The notes under the pieces: generated by a model | Told to the model about the DNA's origin: nothing | Database searches by the model: none | The model's input: only the letters and a program-made list of their open reading frames with translations | Assembly: GCA_004357475.1 (NCBI GenBank) | Contig: SMWE01000032.1 | Coordinates: 9,594-73,593 of the forward strand | DNA length: 64,000 nucleotides | Source of the DNA: Gammaproteobacteria bacterium | GTDB lineage: Bacteria; Pseudomonadota; Gammaproteobacteria; Steroidobacterales; Woeseiaceae | Direction of reading: 5' to 3' | Made by a program: the position numbers and the translations under genes | Part shown: one piece after another, positions 37,453-50,500 of the stretch | How the letters are laid out: each line of letters starts with the position of its first letter | Numbering within the stretch: position 1 is the first letter of the stretch

Positions 37453-39066
37453 CTAAGCTTCCGTCCCGGATTCCCGCAGCCGGAATCGTTGCACCTTGCC
37501 GGTGTGGGTTTTCGGCAGTTCGTCCACGAACTTAATCGCCCGGGGATACTTGTACGGTGCGATGGCCTGTTTCACGAAATCCTGAAGAATCCTGACGAGT
37601 GCATCCGTCGGATCATGACCTTCTCGCAGTACGACGAATGCCTTCACGATGTTGCCGCGCGCCTCATCGGGCGAGGCCACCACTGCACACTCGGCCACGA
37701 CGTCGTGGCCTAGCAAAGCGTCTTCGACTTCCGGGCCCGCGATGTTGTAACCCGCTGAGACAATCATGTCGTCGGCGCGCGCCTGAAACCAGAAATAACC
37801 GTCTTCGTCGTGCCTGTACGTATCGCCAGTGACGTTCCAGCCATTGACGACATAGGCTCTTTGCCGCTCTTCATCGTCCATATAGCGGCAGCCGGTGGGT
37901 CCCTTGACAGCCAGCCGGCCCATGCTGCCCGCCGGCAACGGCTGATTTTGGTCATCGAACACGCACGCCTGGTACCCCGGTAGCGGCTTGCCGGTAGCGC
38001 CAGGACGTATGTCGTCGCCCGACGCAGCAATAAAAATGTGGGTCATCTCTGTCGTGCCGATGCCATCGATGATTCTGATGCCCGTCTTCTCGTGCCACGC
38101 GTCGGACGTGGATGCGGATAATGCCTCACCTGCGGAGATGCAGCGCTTCAGGCTGGAGATGTCATGTCCGGCTAGCATTGGCATCAGTGTGCGGTACATC
38201 GTTGGCGCTGTGAACAAAGCAGTGGCGCGAAACTTGCCGATTGCCGCCAGCAACGATTCCGGCTTAGGGGTCTCGACCAGGATAGCCGCGGCACGAAACC
38301 GCAGCGGAAATACCAGTAGCGCACCGAGACCGAACGTGAAACCCAGGGGCGGGGAACCGACAAAGCGATCCTCAGCTTGTGTCTGCAGCAAATGGCGGCC
38401 GACCACGTCGGCCATCGCAAGCACATCGCGATGGAAATGCATCGTCGCTTTCGGCTGGCCGGTGGTGCCGGAGGTGAAAGCCAGCAAACAGACATCATCG
38501 CGCAACGTGTTGACATTCTGGAACTCGTCGCTCCTGGACATTGCACGGGCGGCAAGCTCGGAGAAGCCAAGCCGCTTCGATAACAGGCCCGTCTCGACTG
38601 CCGCCTTGGCGATGTCCTCTGCCAGCCGGTCATCATAAAGCGCGTGGCTAATCTCTGCCTTGCGCACAAATTGCTTAAGCTCGGCTGCCCGCAGCAACGG
38701 CATGGTGGTCACTGCGATACCGCCCGCCTTCATCACTGCAAACCATGACGCGGCCAGCATCGGGCTGTTTGACGAGCGCAGGAGCACGCGATTACCCGGT
38801 ACCAGGCCAAGATCCTCGGTCAGAATCCTGGCGATGCGATTGGCCTCCGACAGAAGCTCCCGATAGGTCATCGTACTGCTGTCAGCAAATATTGCCGGGC
38901 GGTCGCCGTGGCCGCTGGCCACCGCTTCGTCCAGCAGTGCAGTAGCGCAGTTCATGCGCGTCGGATACTGCAACTCCGGCAGGTCAAACCGGAACTCCGG
39001 CCACAGCTCCCGTGGCGGCAGGCGGTCCCGGGCAAAAGTGTCCCCGTATGCAGTTTCGTCACTCAT
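37453..39066 (-). CDS. AMP-dependent synthetase/ligase, aryl-CoA ligase (benzoate/2-aminobenzoate-CoA ligase-like) family
   Basis: AMP-binding signature FTSGTTGQPK, later GWNVTGDTY and the C-terminal PKTHTGKVQR motif. The N-terminal region resembles 2-aminobenzoate-CoA ligase-type enzymes. Confidence 0.82.
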   Translation of the reverse strand: MSDETAYGDTFARDRLPPRELWPEFRFDLPELQYPTRMNCATALLDEAVASGHGDRPAIFADSSTMTYRELLSEANRIARILTEDLGLVPGNRVLLRSSNSPMLAASWFAVMKAGGIAVTTMPLLRAAELKQFVRKAEISHALYDDRLAEDIAKAAVETGLLSKRLGFSELAARAMSRSDEFQNVNTLRDDVCLLAFTSGTTGQPKATMHFHRDVLAMADVVGRHLLQTQAEDRFVGSPPLGFTFGLGALLVFPLRFRAAAILVETPKPESLLAAIGKFRATALFTAPTMYRTLMPMLAGHDISSLKRCISAGEALSASTSDAWHEKTGIRIIDGIGTTEMTHIFIAASGDDIRPGATGKPLPGYQACVFDDQNQPLPAGSMGRLAVKGPTGCRYMDDEERQRAYVVNGWNVTGDTYRHDEDGYFWFQARADDMIVSAGYNIAGPEVEDALLGHDVVAECAVVASPDEARGNIVKAFVVLREGHDPTDALVRILQDFVKQAIAPYKYPRAIKFVDELPKTHTGKVQRFRLRESGTEA

Positions 39067-39146
39067 GTTGCTGACTCCAGGCTACGCTGCCAATTTGTGA
39101 TGCAGGTCGCACTTTCGTTCCATTTTCGCCCGGTGATCCGCGTTTT

Positions 39147-39464
39147 GTGAACAAACACCTGCCATCAGGTCTGCATTTACCGCATTTTGACCCCTCAGAT
39201 CGGTCACAGGAATGCCCAGGTATTGCCGTGCATATTCCAGCGAAATACTACGAACGAGTTCCAAAATTCTATCTCATTGTGGGACTGCTGCTGCTCGGCA
39301 ACTCGCTCTACGACGGGTTGAATAATACTGCCGCCTACGCACACTTCTTTTTCGGCATGATGTCGATTATATATGCCGTGAGCGTCCAGAGGGCACGCCT
39401 GAAGCACCGGCAGAATCCACCCGCAGAAAACAATCAGCAATCACCATCAGAATCGCAATCATAA
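39147..39464 (+). CDS. Hypothetical small membrane protein (weak call)
   Basis: Two hydrophobic helices (FYLIVGLLLLGNSL and FFFGMMSIIYAVSV) and a low-complexity tail. Has a non-ATG start, no recognisable homolog, and overlaps the truD 3' end by 6 nt. Confidence 0.25.
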   Translation: MNKHLPSGLHLPHFDPSDRSQECPGIAVHIPAKYYERVPKFYLIVGLLLLGNSLYDGLNNTAAYAHFFFGMMSIIYAVSVQRARLKHRQNPPAENNQQSPSESQS

Positions 39465-40475
39465 CGGGAAGCTTGCGATCTCCCGCAGAACGGCCGTCGC
39501 ATATCCTCCCCTCGTAAGCCTGAATTCCAGCCAGAGTGTCTGCGTGTCAAGCTCCCATTGCAAATCGCGAACTGCAAGGCGCAGCGCTCTGCGTGATTGA
39601 TCCATTTGCGTTTCGAGACCCTTTTTAAGTTCCTCGAATGGGGCAACTGCCGATTGCTCCAGCAACAGGATATCGCCGCTGCAGGCCGATTCGCCTCTGC
39701 CCCACAGTGCACCACCCGGGTGGATGTCCATATTTTCACAGCGCTTTTGCAGTTCCTGATCGACGTGATCGACAACAAAGATGCTGTTGCTGCCGTCAAG
39801 ACAGGCGCACTCACCCGGGATCAGGCGGTTCCAGCTGCCCTCGCGTACCCGATGTTGAAGTATGTGATTGAAGAGATACGAACGTGCAGCGGATAACGCG
39901 ATGCTGCGTTTGTTTCTTCGGAGTCTCCTGCCCGCGAAAAGGTCGGTGGCCAACTGCAGGTTGTTGCCGTCGCGGCCAAAGCGTTGTGCACCGAAATAAT
40001 TCGGTACACCCGCTACCCGAATCAAGTCGAGGCGCTCATTGACGGTGGTCGCTGGCGCGTCGACACCTCTGAGCGCGATGCGAAATTTATTGCCGGAGTG
40101 CGCGCCACGCCGCAGCTTGCGGCCGTGCCTCGCCTGCTCGAGAATCCGCACACCCGGCAGACCGAAACTGTCCCAGTCGGTACCGGCAGACGAGGGCCGC
40201 CGCACACTGAACCACTGCCTCGTTACGGCGTTACGGTCCTTCAATCCGGCAAAGCCGACATCCGACTCCCGGATACCGGCATGCCTGGCCAGTTTGCCCG
40301 CTATCCAGGTAGTGTTCGCGTCGCGTTTTTCGAGCCAGAGATAGTCGTGTTCGCCATCGCCTGAGAGTGCGTAGTCCAGAACCTCCGTAACCTCGAAATC
40401 ACTCGCAGACTGGCGAATATGTCCCTGAATTTCAGGGGCCTCGTGTAGGCGGGTCCAGTCAGGGACTGTCTGCAT
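39459..40475 (-). CDS. truD: tRNA pseudouridine(13) synthase TruD
   Basis: DFEVTEVL..., FAGLKDRNAVTRQW (catalytic Asp block) and NYFGAQRFG motifs. Confidence 0.9.
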   Translation of the reverse strand: MQTVPDWTRLHEAPEIQGHIRQSASDFEVTEVLDYALSGDGEHDYLWLEKRDANTTWIAGKLARHAGIRESDVGFAGLKDRNAVTRQWFSVRRPSSAGTDWDSFGLPGVRILEQARHGRKLRRGAHSGNKFRIALRGVDAPATTVNERLDLIRVAGVPNYFGAQRFGRDGNNLQLATDLFAGRRLRRNKRSIALSAARSYLFNHILQHRVREGSWNRLIPGECACLDGSNSIFVVDHVDQELQKRCENMDIHPGGALWGRGESACSGDILLLEQSAVAPFEELKKGLETQMDQSRRALRLAVRDLQWELDTQTLWLEFRLTRGGYATAVLREIASFPL

Positions 40476-40773
40476 TCGCGACCATTCCGGAATCGCCGGC
40501 GGGAATGACCTGGTAGAAAGTCTCGGTCTTGCCGATCATGCCCAGATCGGTGCGGGCCCGCTCTTCGGCGGCGTCACGGCCCTGCTTGAGATTAATCACC
40601 TCGGCATCAAGGCTGGCATTACGATCGCGCAAACCCTGGTTTTGCGCGCGCTGCTCCGCGACGGCTGCGCGCAGGCCGCGAGTCTTGCGAAAACCGTCGT
40701 CCGCCAGCCATACCTGTCCCTGCACCGCGAAACCGGCAATCGCCAACACGATCAGCATCCAGCGCACATTCAA
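40459..40773 (-). CDS. ftsB: Cell division protein FtsB
   Basis: N-terminal TM helix plus a coiled coil (...LKQGRDAAEERARTDLGMI...). Sits directly downstream of eno. Confidence 0.85.
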   Translation of the reverse strand: MNVRWMLIVLAIAGFAVQGQVWLADDGFRKTRGLRAAVAEQRAQNQGLRDRNASLDAEVINLKQGRDAAEERARTDLGMIGKTETFYQVIPAGDSGMVANADSP

Positions 40774-40808
40774 AATTCAGATTCCCCAAGCGACCCATGC
40801 CGGACCTG

Positions 40809-42247
<1,439 letters not shown>

Positions 42248-42252
42248 GGCGA

Positions 42253-44744
<2,492 letters not shown>

Positions 44745-44786
44745 TTAAGCCTGTTTTTGCAGGCGCCGGGAAATAATAAAGGGTCA

Positions 44787-44824
44787 GACAAAAACACGGA
44801 TTCGCGGCCGAAGCTTTCGCGAAT
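44787..44824 (-). terminator. Terminator-like hairpin in the tilS-pyrG spacer / pyrG leader
   Basis: Minus strand: ATTCGCG-(11-nt loop)-CGCGAAT (44824-44800), followed 3 nt later by GTGTTTTTGT. Lies about 50 nt upstream of the pyrG ATG. Confidence 0.45.
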
Positions 44825-44962
44825 GTGCTTTTAATCTAACCCGGAAGAAGCCGTAAAACGCGGTTTTTTTGGCTCCCAATCAAGACCCGTCGTTTGATTA
44901 AAGACGGTGTTAGAAGTTAACAGATCAGTGCAGGCATAACAATGCGAAGGCACAGTTTAATT

Positions 44963-45033
44963 AAGGGGACAGTGACCTTAATTCCACCTATGGGTGCCGA
45001 AATTGCGCTTTGAATGAAGGTCACTGTCCCCTT
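44963..45033. repeat. 71-bp palindromic element with perfect 17-bp arms
   Basis: AAGGGGACAGTGACCTT (44963-44979) and its exact reverse complement AAGGTCACTGTCCCCTT (45017-45033) are separated by 37 nt. Lies 10 nt beyond the tilS stop. Confidence 0.7.
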
Positions 45034-45042
45034 GATATTGCG

Positions 45043-46398
45043 CTAATTCAACGGAGACCGGTCCCGCCAGGAGACCCCGTAGCCTGCGTCGTGGCTGCAC
45101 TCTCCGGCAATCCACAAATCGGCCACCGCGACCAGGTTTTCACCCGAGTACAAGAGTGGCAAACGCGAGCGCATCCACGGCACGATGCCCTCCTGCTGCA
45201 ACAGTTTCTTCAGCTTGTGGGTGCAGTCGTGTCCGACCGGACGGATCTCCTCGCCGCCCTGGCGATAGCGGACGCGCAACCCGGCACTGGCGAGTTCGGG
45301 ATTGATGCCGCCCTCAACATCCGGGTTGAGGGCCAGTTGCCCCATCCCGGGCCCGAGATCCAGCGACGCTTCGGGCCGCAGAGCCTGTGCCGGCTCGTCA
45401 GGCAGATCAGGAACGCCAGGCATGATGTACAAATGATTGCGATATCGTCGCAACTCGGCGCCTGGCCAGGCGACCTGCGGCTGGGCATCTACTCTCGCCG
45501 GAATCAACTCATCAACGGCCTGGTAAAGGCGTGTTGCGGGCGGCGGTGGCAGGCCGCACAGGCTGATGGCGCGGCGCAGCAGGTTACGCTGCCGTTGCGG
45601 ACTCAGCGCCCCCAAAACATCGATATCAAGCCGCTTCGGGCTGCCCGATGCGGCAAGGTCGATGTCGGCCAGATCTCGCAGGAGAGTGCTGGCTTCGCCG
45701 GCAAGGTCAGCGCTTTGTTTGAGACGAGCCGCTACGGCTGGCCAGCGCGATGCGAGCCGGGGCATGATCTCCCGCCGCAGAAAATTCCGGTCAAAGCGGG
45801 TATCCGCGTTGCTCGGATCCTCAATCCAGCCCAGCTCATGGCGTTTCGCGTAATCCCGGATTGCCTCAGCGGATACACCCAGTAACGGCCGCAACAACCG
45901 TCCCTGGCCGAATGATTGTGCAGCACCGATACCGGCGAGCCCCGCAAGGCCGCTACCGCGCATCAAATTGAGTAACAGGGTTTCGGCCTGGTCTTCCTCA
46001 TGATGTGCGCTCAGGAGACAATCGCCATCCCGCACCATCGTTTGCAACAGCGCATAGCGTGCCTGGCGCGCGGCGGCTTCCAGGCCGCTTTGCAATTCGT
46101 CGACCACAGAAACCCGCTCGCTGGTGTAGGAAACGCCCAGCCTGGCCGCGAACCGCCGGCAATGATTCTCCCAGTCTGGCGAATCGGGATGCAGTCCATG
46201 ATCGACGTGAATAGCCATGATTTCGGCTGGGTGTCGTTCGCGCATAGACCAGAGCGCGTGCAACAATACGGTTGAATCGATACCGCCGCTGAATGCGACC
46301 AGCCAGCGTAACGCACCCTCACCGACAGTTAAGGCCGTGAGCCGCTCAAGCAAGAATTCTGAACCGAAGGTCACGTCTTGATGGTACCAACAAACCAA
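45043..46398 (-). CDS. tilS: tRNA(Ile)-lysidine synthase
   Basis: PP-loop VAFSGGIDSTVLL and the TilS substrate-binding and C-terminal domains. The start is uncertain (ATG 46398 or GTG 46374). Confidence 0.85.
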   Translation of the reverse strand: MVCWYHQDVTFGSEFLLERLTALTVGEGALRWLVAFSGGIDSTVLLHALWSMRERHPAEIMAIHVDHGLHPDSPDWENHCRRFAARLGVSYTSERVSVVDELQSGLEAAARQARYALLQTMVRDGDCLLSAHHEEDQAETLLLNLMRGSGLAGLAGIGAAQSFGQGRLLRPLLGVSAEAIRDYAKRHELGWIEDPSNADTRFDRNFLRREIMPRLASRWPAVAARLKQSADLAGEASTLLRDLADIDLAASGSPKRLDIDVLGALSPQRQRNLLRRAISLCGLPPPPATRLYQAVDELIPARVDAQPQVAWPGAELRRYRNHLYIMPGVPDLPDEPAQALRPEASLDLGPGMGQLALNPDVEGGINPELASAGLRVRYRQGGEEIRPVGHDCTHKLKKLLQQEGIVPWMRSRLPLLYSGENLVAVADLWIAGECSHDAGYGVSWRDRSPLN

Positions 46399-46475
46399 AT
46401 GCAGGAGGGGCTTCAGCCCCGAATGGCCTGGACCTCATTCGCAGATAAATTCGCCCCCACAGGAGGTAGTTAAGC

Positions 46476-47435
46476 TTACCCTTCCTTGTACCGGCCGAAT
46501 CCGTCGAGGCGTCGCTGACGTTGCTCCAGGAGTTCATCAATGTCGAGCTGATCGAGGTCGGTCAGGTATTTCAGCAAGGCATTGCGAATGACATCTGCCG
46601 TCGCAGACGGATCGCGATGTGCGGCCCCCAAAGGTTCCGGCAGAACTTCGTCGACCAGGCCGAATCCGTTGAGGCTTTCTGCAGTAATGCGCATTGCCTC
46701 CGCTGCTTCTTTTGCTTTTTCCGTACTTTTCCAAAGGATTGATGCACACCCTTCGGGAGAAATAACGGAATAAATACTGTATTGCAGCATTAGCAGGCGG
46801 TCGCACACCCCAATGGCAAGTGCGCCACCCGAACCACCCTCACCGATAACAACACTGATAATCGGTGTTCGTAATTTCGACATGAGATACAAGCTTTGCG
46901 CAATGGCCTGACTTTGCCCACGCTCCTCGGCGCCGATACCCGGATAGGCGCCAGGCGTGTCGATCAAGGTCACGATCGGCAGCGAAAACTTTTCCGCCAT
47001 TTTCATCAGCCGCTGTGCCTTTCGATAGCCCTCGGGTTTGGGCATGCCGTAATTACGCCGCACGCGTTCCTTGGTATCGCGGCCTTTCTGGTGACCAATG
47101 AACATTACGGGCCGGCCATCAATTCTGCCGACACCGCCGATGATGGCAGGGTCATCCGCAAACATGCGGTCGCCATGTAATTCCTGAAAATCCGGCGCGA
47201 TCTGGCTGAGATAATCCGCGGTATATGGACGCAGCGGATGGCGGGCAATCTGCGCAATCTGCCAGGCGCCCAGTTTCGAAAAAATGTTCCTGGTCAGCGC
47301 CTCGCTCTTGCTCTTGAGACGCGTAACTTCTTCGTGGATATTGATCTCTGCATCGTCACCGATAAACCGAAGCTCCTCGATTTTTGCTTCGAGTTCTGCA
47401 ATCGGCTGTTCGAAATCCAGGAACTTCAGGTCCAT
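46476..47435 (-). CDS. accA: Acetyl-CoA carboxylase carboxyltransferase alpha subunit
   Basis: [17 protein letters not shown], the [13 protein letters not shown] block and [12 protein letters not shown]. Confidence 0.96.
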   Translation of the reverse strand: MDLKFLDFEQPIAELEAKIEELRFIGDDAEINIHEEVTRLKSKSEALTRNIFSKLGAWQIAQIARHPLRPYTADYLSQIAPDFQELHGDRMFADDPAIIGGVGRIDGRPVMFIGHQKGRDTKERVRRNYGMPKPEGYRKAQRLMKMAEKFSLPIVTLIDTPGAYPGIGAEERGQSQAIAQSLYLMSKLRTPIISVVIGEGGSGGALAIGVCDRLLMLQYSIYSVISPEGCASILWKSTEKAKEAAEAMRITAESLNGFGLVDEVLPEPLGAAHRDPSATADVIRNALLKYLTDLDQLDIDELLEQRQRRLDGFGRYKEG

Positions 47436-47531
47436 AACAAATCAATCTGACTGTCGCAAAGGCACAATCGCCATCGGCCCCGAAAAAAACCTGCAATTTG
47501 CGGTCAGGGCAGATGGCGTAAAAAAAGAACT

Positions 47532-50500
47532 CTACATCATTTCCCGGCCGGGTGCGTAGAGCAAACGGACACTATTCTGACCCAGCAATTCAGTCAGCTT
47601 GTCCCTCAGTTCGCGGCTTGGGCGCACCGCCCATTCCGGCCCGAGACTCAGGCGAGCCTTAGCTTCACTTCCCACATATTGCACAGCGACATCGCAATTG
47701 CCCTCCCGGTACGGCAGCAACACATCATGCAACCGGTTCAGGAGACTCTGGCCCTGCCCGTTCGGGGTAAAACTAAGGATCATGCTGCTCGCACTCATCT
47801 CGATGACGCGATCGATATGTACGACGTTTTTCGCATTGACCTGCCAGCCACCAGCAAAATCGTCATAGCGCAAAGTGCCGCTGACGACGACAATCTCATC
47901 CTTGATCAGAAGATGCCGAAATTCCTGGAATGCTTCGCTGAACAGGCTGACATCCAGACGACCGCTGTTATCATCGAGGACAACAGTCACACGATTGCCG
48001 CGTTTTCGCACATCCATGATCAGCCCGGCAACGGTTACCTCGCGTTGTTGCTGCGCGTAGTTACGTTCGCCACTACTTTTCTGCGGCGGCGGCTCGGACG
48101 AAATTTCGGCGAGCTTCCCGTCGACCAGAAACATGGCATCCTGCTGCACAGCATCGAACGGGTGCCCGGTCAAATAAAGGCCCAATGCTTCTTTTTCGTT
48201 GGCAAGAAACTCGCGATCCGTCCACTCCACCAGCGGTACCTGCTCAACCGGAGTTGCCGCTTGCTGCACCTCTGCGATTCCGAACATGTCGTTCTGACCT
48301 GCAGCTTTCGCACGCGCTTCCTGATCAGCACTTTTTAATGCCTCGGGCAGCGCATGCATTAAACTGCGTCGTGTGGTGCCAAAGGTGTCCATAGCGCCGG
48401 ACTTGATCATGGCCTCGAGCGCGCGGCGGTTTATTTTTTCCAGTTCCACGCGACGGCAAAATTCTGCAATGTTTTCGAACGGGCCATTTTGCTCACGTTC
48501 GGTGATGACGGCATCGACTGCGGTTCGCCCCAATCCCTTGATCGCTCCCAGCCCATACAGAATTGACTCATCGTCGGCAACGTTGAACTGGTAGGCCGAC
48601 TGATTGACATTCGGTCCTAATAAATTCAAGCCTGATTTGCGGCAGTCATCCTTGATCATGACCAGGCGATCTGTGTGATCGAGATCGGCACTCATGACCG
48701 CAGCCATGAATGCTGCCGGGTAATTCGCCTTCAGCCAGGCAGTCTGGTATGCGATCAGCGCATAGGCAACGGAATGCGACTTGTTAAAACCGTAACCTGC
48801 AAATTTCTCCATCAAATCGAAGATTCGCGTTGCCGTAAATTTTGCGACACCGCGTTCCGTGGCACCGCCGATGAAAATCTCGCGCTGCTTCGCCATTTCC
48901 TCCGGTTTCTTCTTGCCCATCGCACGCCGCAGCAAGTCGGCGCCGCCAAGCGTGTAACCGGCCAGTACCTGTGCGATCTGCATGACCTGCTCCTGGTACA
49001 GGATTACGCCGTAGGTCGATTCCAGGACTGATTTAAGATCGGGATGCAGATAGTCGATTTCCCGATTGCTGACATCATGCTTGCGGGAAATAAAGTCGTC
49101 GACCATGCCCGACTGCAGAGGGCCGGGACGGAACAGCGCAACCAGCGCAACCAGATCCTCAAAGTGATCCGGCTGCAACCGTTTGATAAGATCGCGCATA
49201 CCGCGCGACTCGAGCTGGAACACTGCCCTGGTCTTACACGCCCGCAGGAGTTGAAACGTCTTCGCATCCTGCATCGGGATTTCCCTGATATCAATCTGCG
49301 TGGCGGGGTCACGGGATTTTATGATCTGAACCGCCCAATCGATAATCGTAAGTGTCTTCAGTCCGAGGAAATCGAATTTGACGAGACCGGCCGCTTCGAC
49401 ATCGTCCTTGTCGAACTGTGTCACAGCATTCGCGCCGCCTTCTTCGCAGTACAGCGGCGTAAAGTCCGTCAGTTTGTCGGGAGCGATAACGACACCGCCC
49501 GCATGCTTGCCGGCGTTGCGTACGAGGCCCTCGAGCGATTTTGCAAGATCGATAATCGACCGGACTTCTTCGTCGTCCTGGTACATCCTCGCGAGTTCGT
49601 CTTCCTGATCCAGTGCCTTGTCCAGCGTCATGCCAATTTCGAAAGGAATCTGTTTTGCGATGCGGTCGACAAACCCGTAGGGTTGTCCGAGCACCCTGCC
49701 CACATCACGTATAACCGCTTTGGCGGCCATCGTGCCGTAAGTGATGATCTGCGAAACCCGATCCCTGCCGTACATTTCCGCGACGTAATCGATCACGCGG
49801 TCGCGGCCTTCCATGCAAAAATCGATGTCAAAGTCGGGCATCGATACGCGTTCAGGATTCAGGAATCGCTCGAACAGCAAGTCATACTCCAGCGGATCGA
49901 TGTCGGTGATGCCCAGCACGTACGCAACCAGCGAACCTGCACCGGAGCCACGACCTGGCCCGACAGGAATGCTCTGCTCCTTCGCCCAGCGAATGAAGTC
50001 GGCGACAATCAGGAAGTAGCCTGCAAAACCCATGTCGCAGATAACGGTAAGTTCGTCGGTCAGGCGAGATTGGTACGGTGCTGCAACCACGTCTCTCTTT
50101 TCGCTGGCGACAGATTCTTTCGCGAATTTTCTGTCCAGAAATTGTTGCAGACCACGTTTTGACTCGGCCTCGACATAGGTCTCCGTCGTCTGCCCTTGCG
50201 GCACCGGAAACGCCGGCAAAAATGTCTCTCCAAGCTTGAGTTCCAGGCTGCAACGTTTGGCTATTTCCAGCGAATTCGCTATTGCCTCCGGAATATCCTC
50301 GAACACGCTGGCCATGTCGTCGCAGCTTTTGAAGTACTGATGTTCGCTGTAGTGCCTGGGCCGATCGGCGTCACCCAGGCCTCGCCCTTCCTGGATACAG
50401 ACACGTGCTTCATGCGCATCAAAATCGTCTGCATGCAAAAACCGGACATCGTTGCTGGCGACAACAGGCGTGCCGGTAGCGGCCGCCAGTGAAACTGCCT

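Noticed and set aside
39082-39264. 60-aa minus-strand ORF just upstream of the aryl-CoA-ligase-like gene
   Set aside because: It has no motif and conflicts with the (also weak) plus-strand membrane ORF. There is not enough evidence to call either with confidence, and only the plus-strand one is listed, at low confidence.
46401-46467. Possible fourth REP-like unit in the accA-tilS spacer (minus strand CTGTGGGGGCGAATTTATCTGCGAATG... plus a GGGGC-TTCA-GCCCC hairpin)
   Set aside because: It shares only CTGTGGG..GCGAA.TT with the unit at 4254-4276. It lacks the family 16-mer and the 8-mer core, and its GCGAAT copies are direct rather than inverted. The relationship is too weak to assert.
49044-50162. 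372-aa plus-strand ORF antisense to dnaE (similar cases at 45010-45885 opposite tilS, 18522-19364 opposite sdhA and 10352-11098 opposite lepB)
   Set aside because: These are shadow ORFs of highly conserved genes, with no independent evidence of coding.
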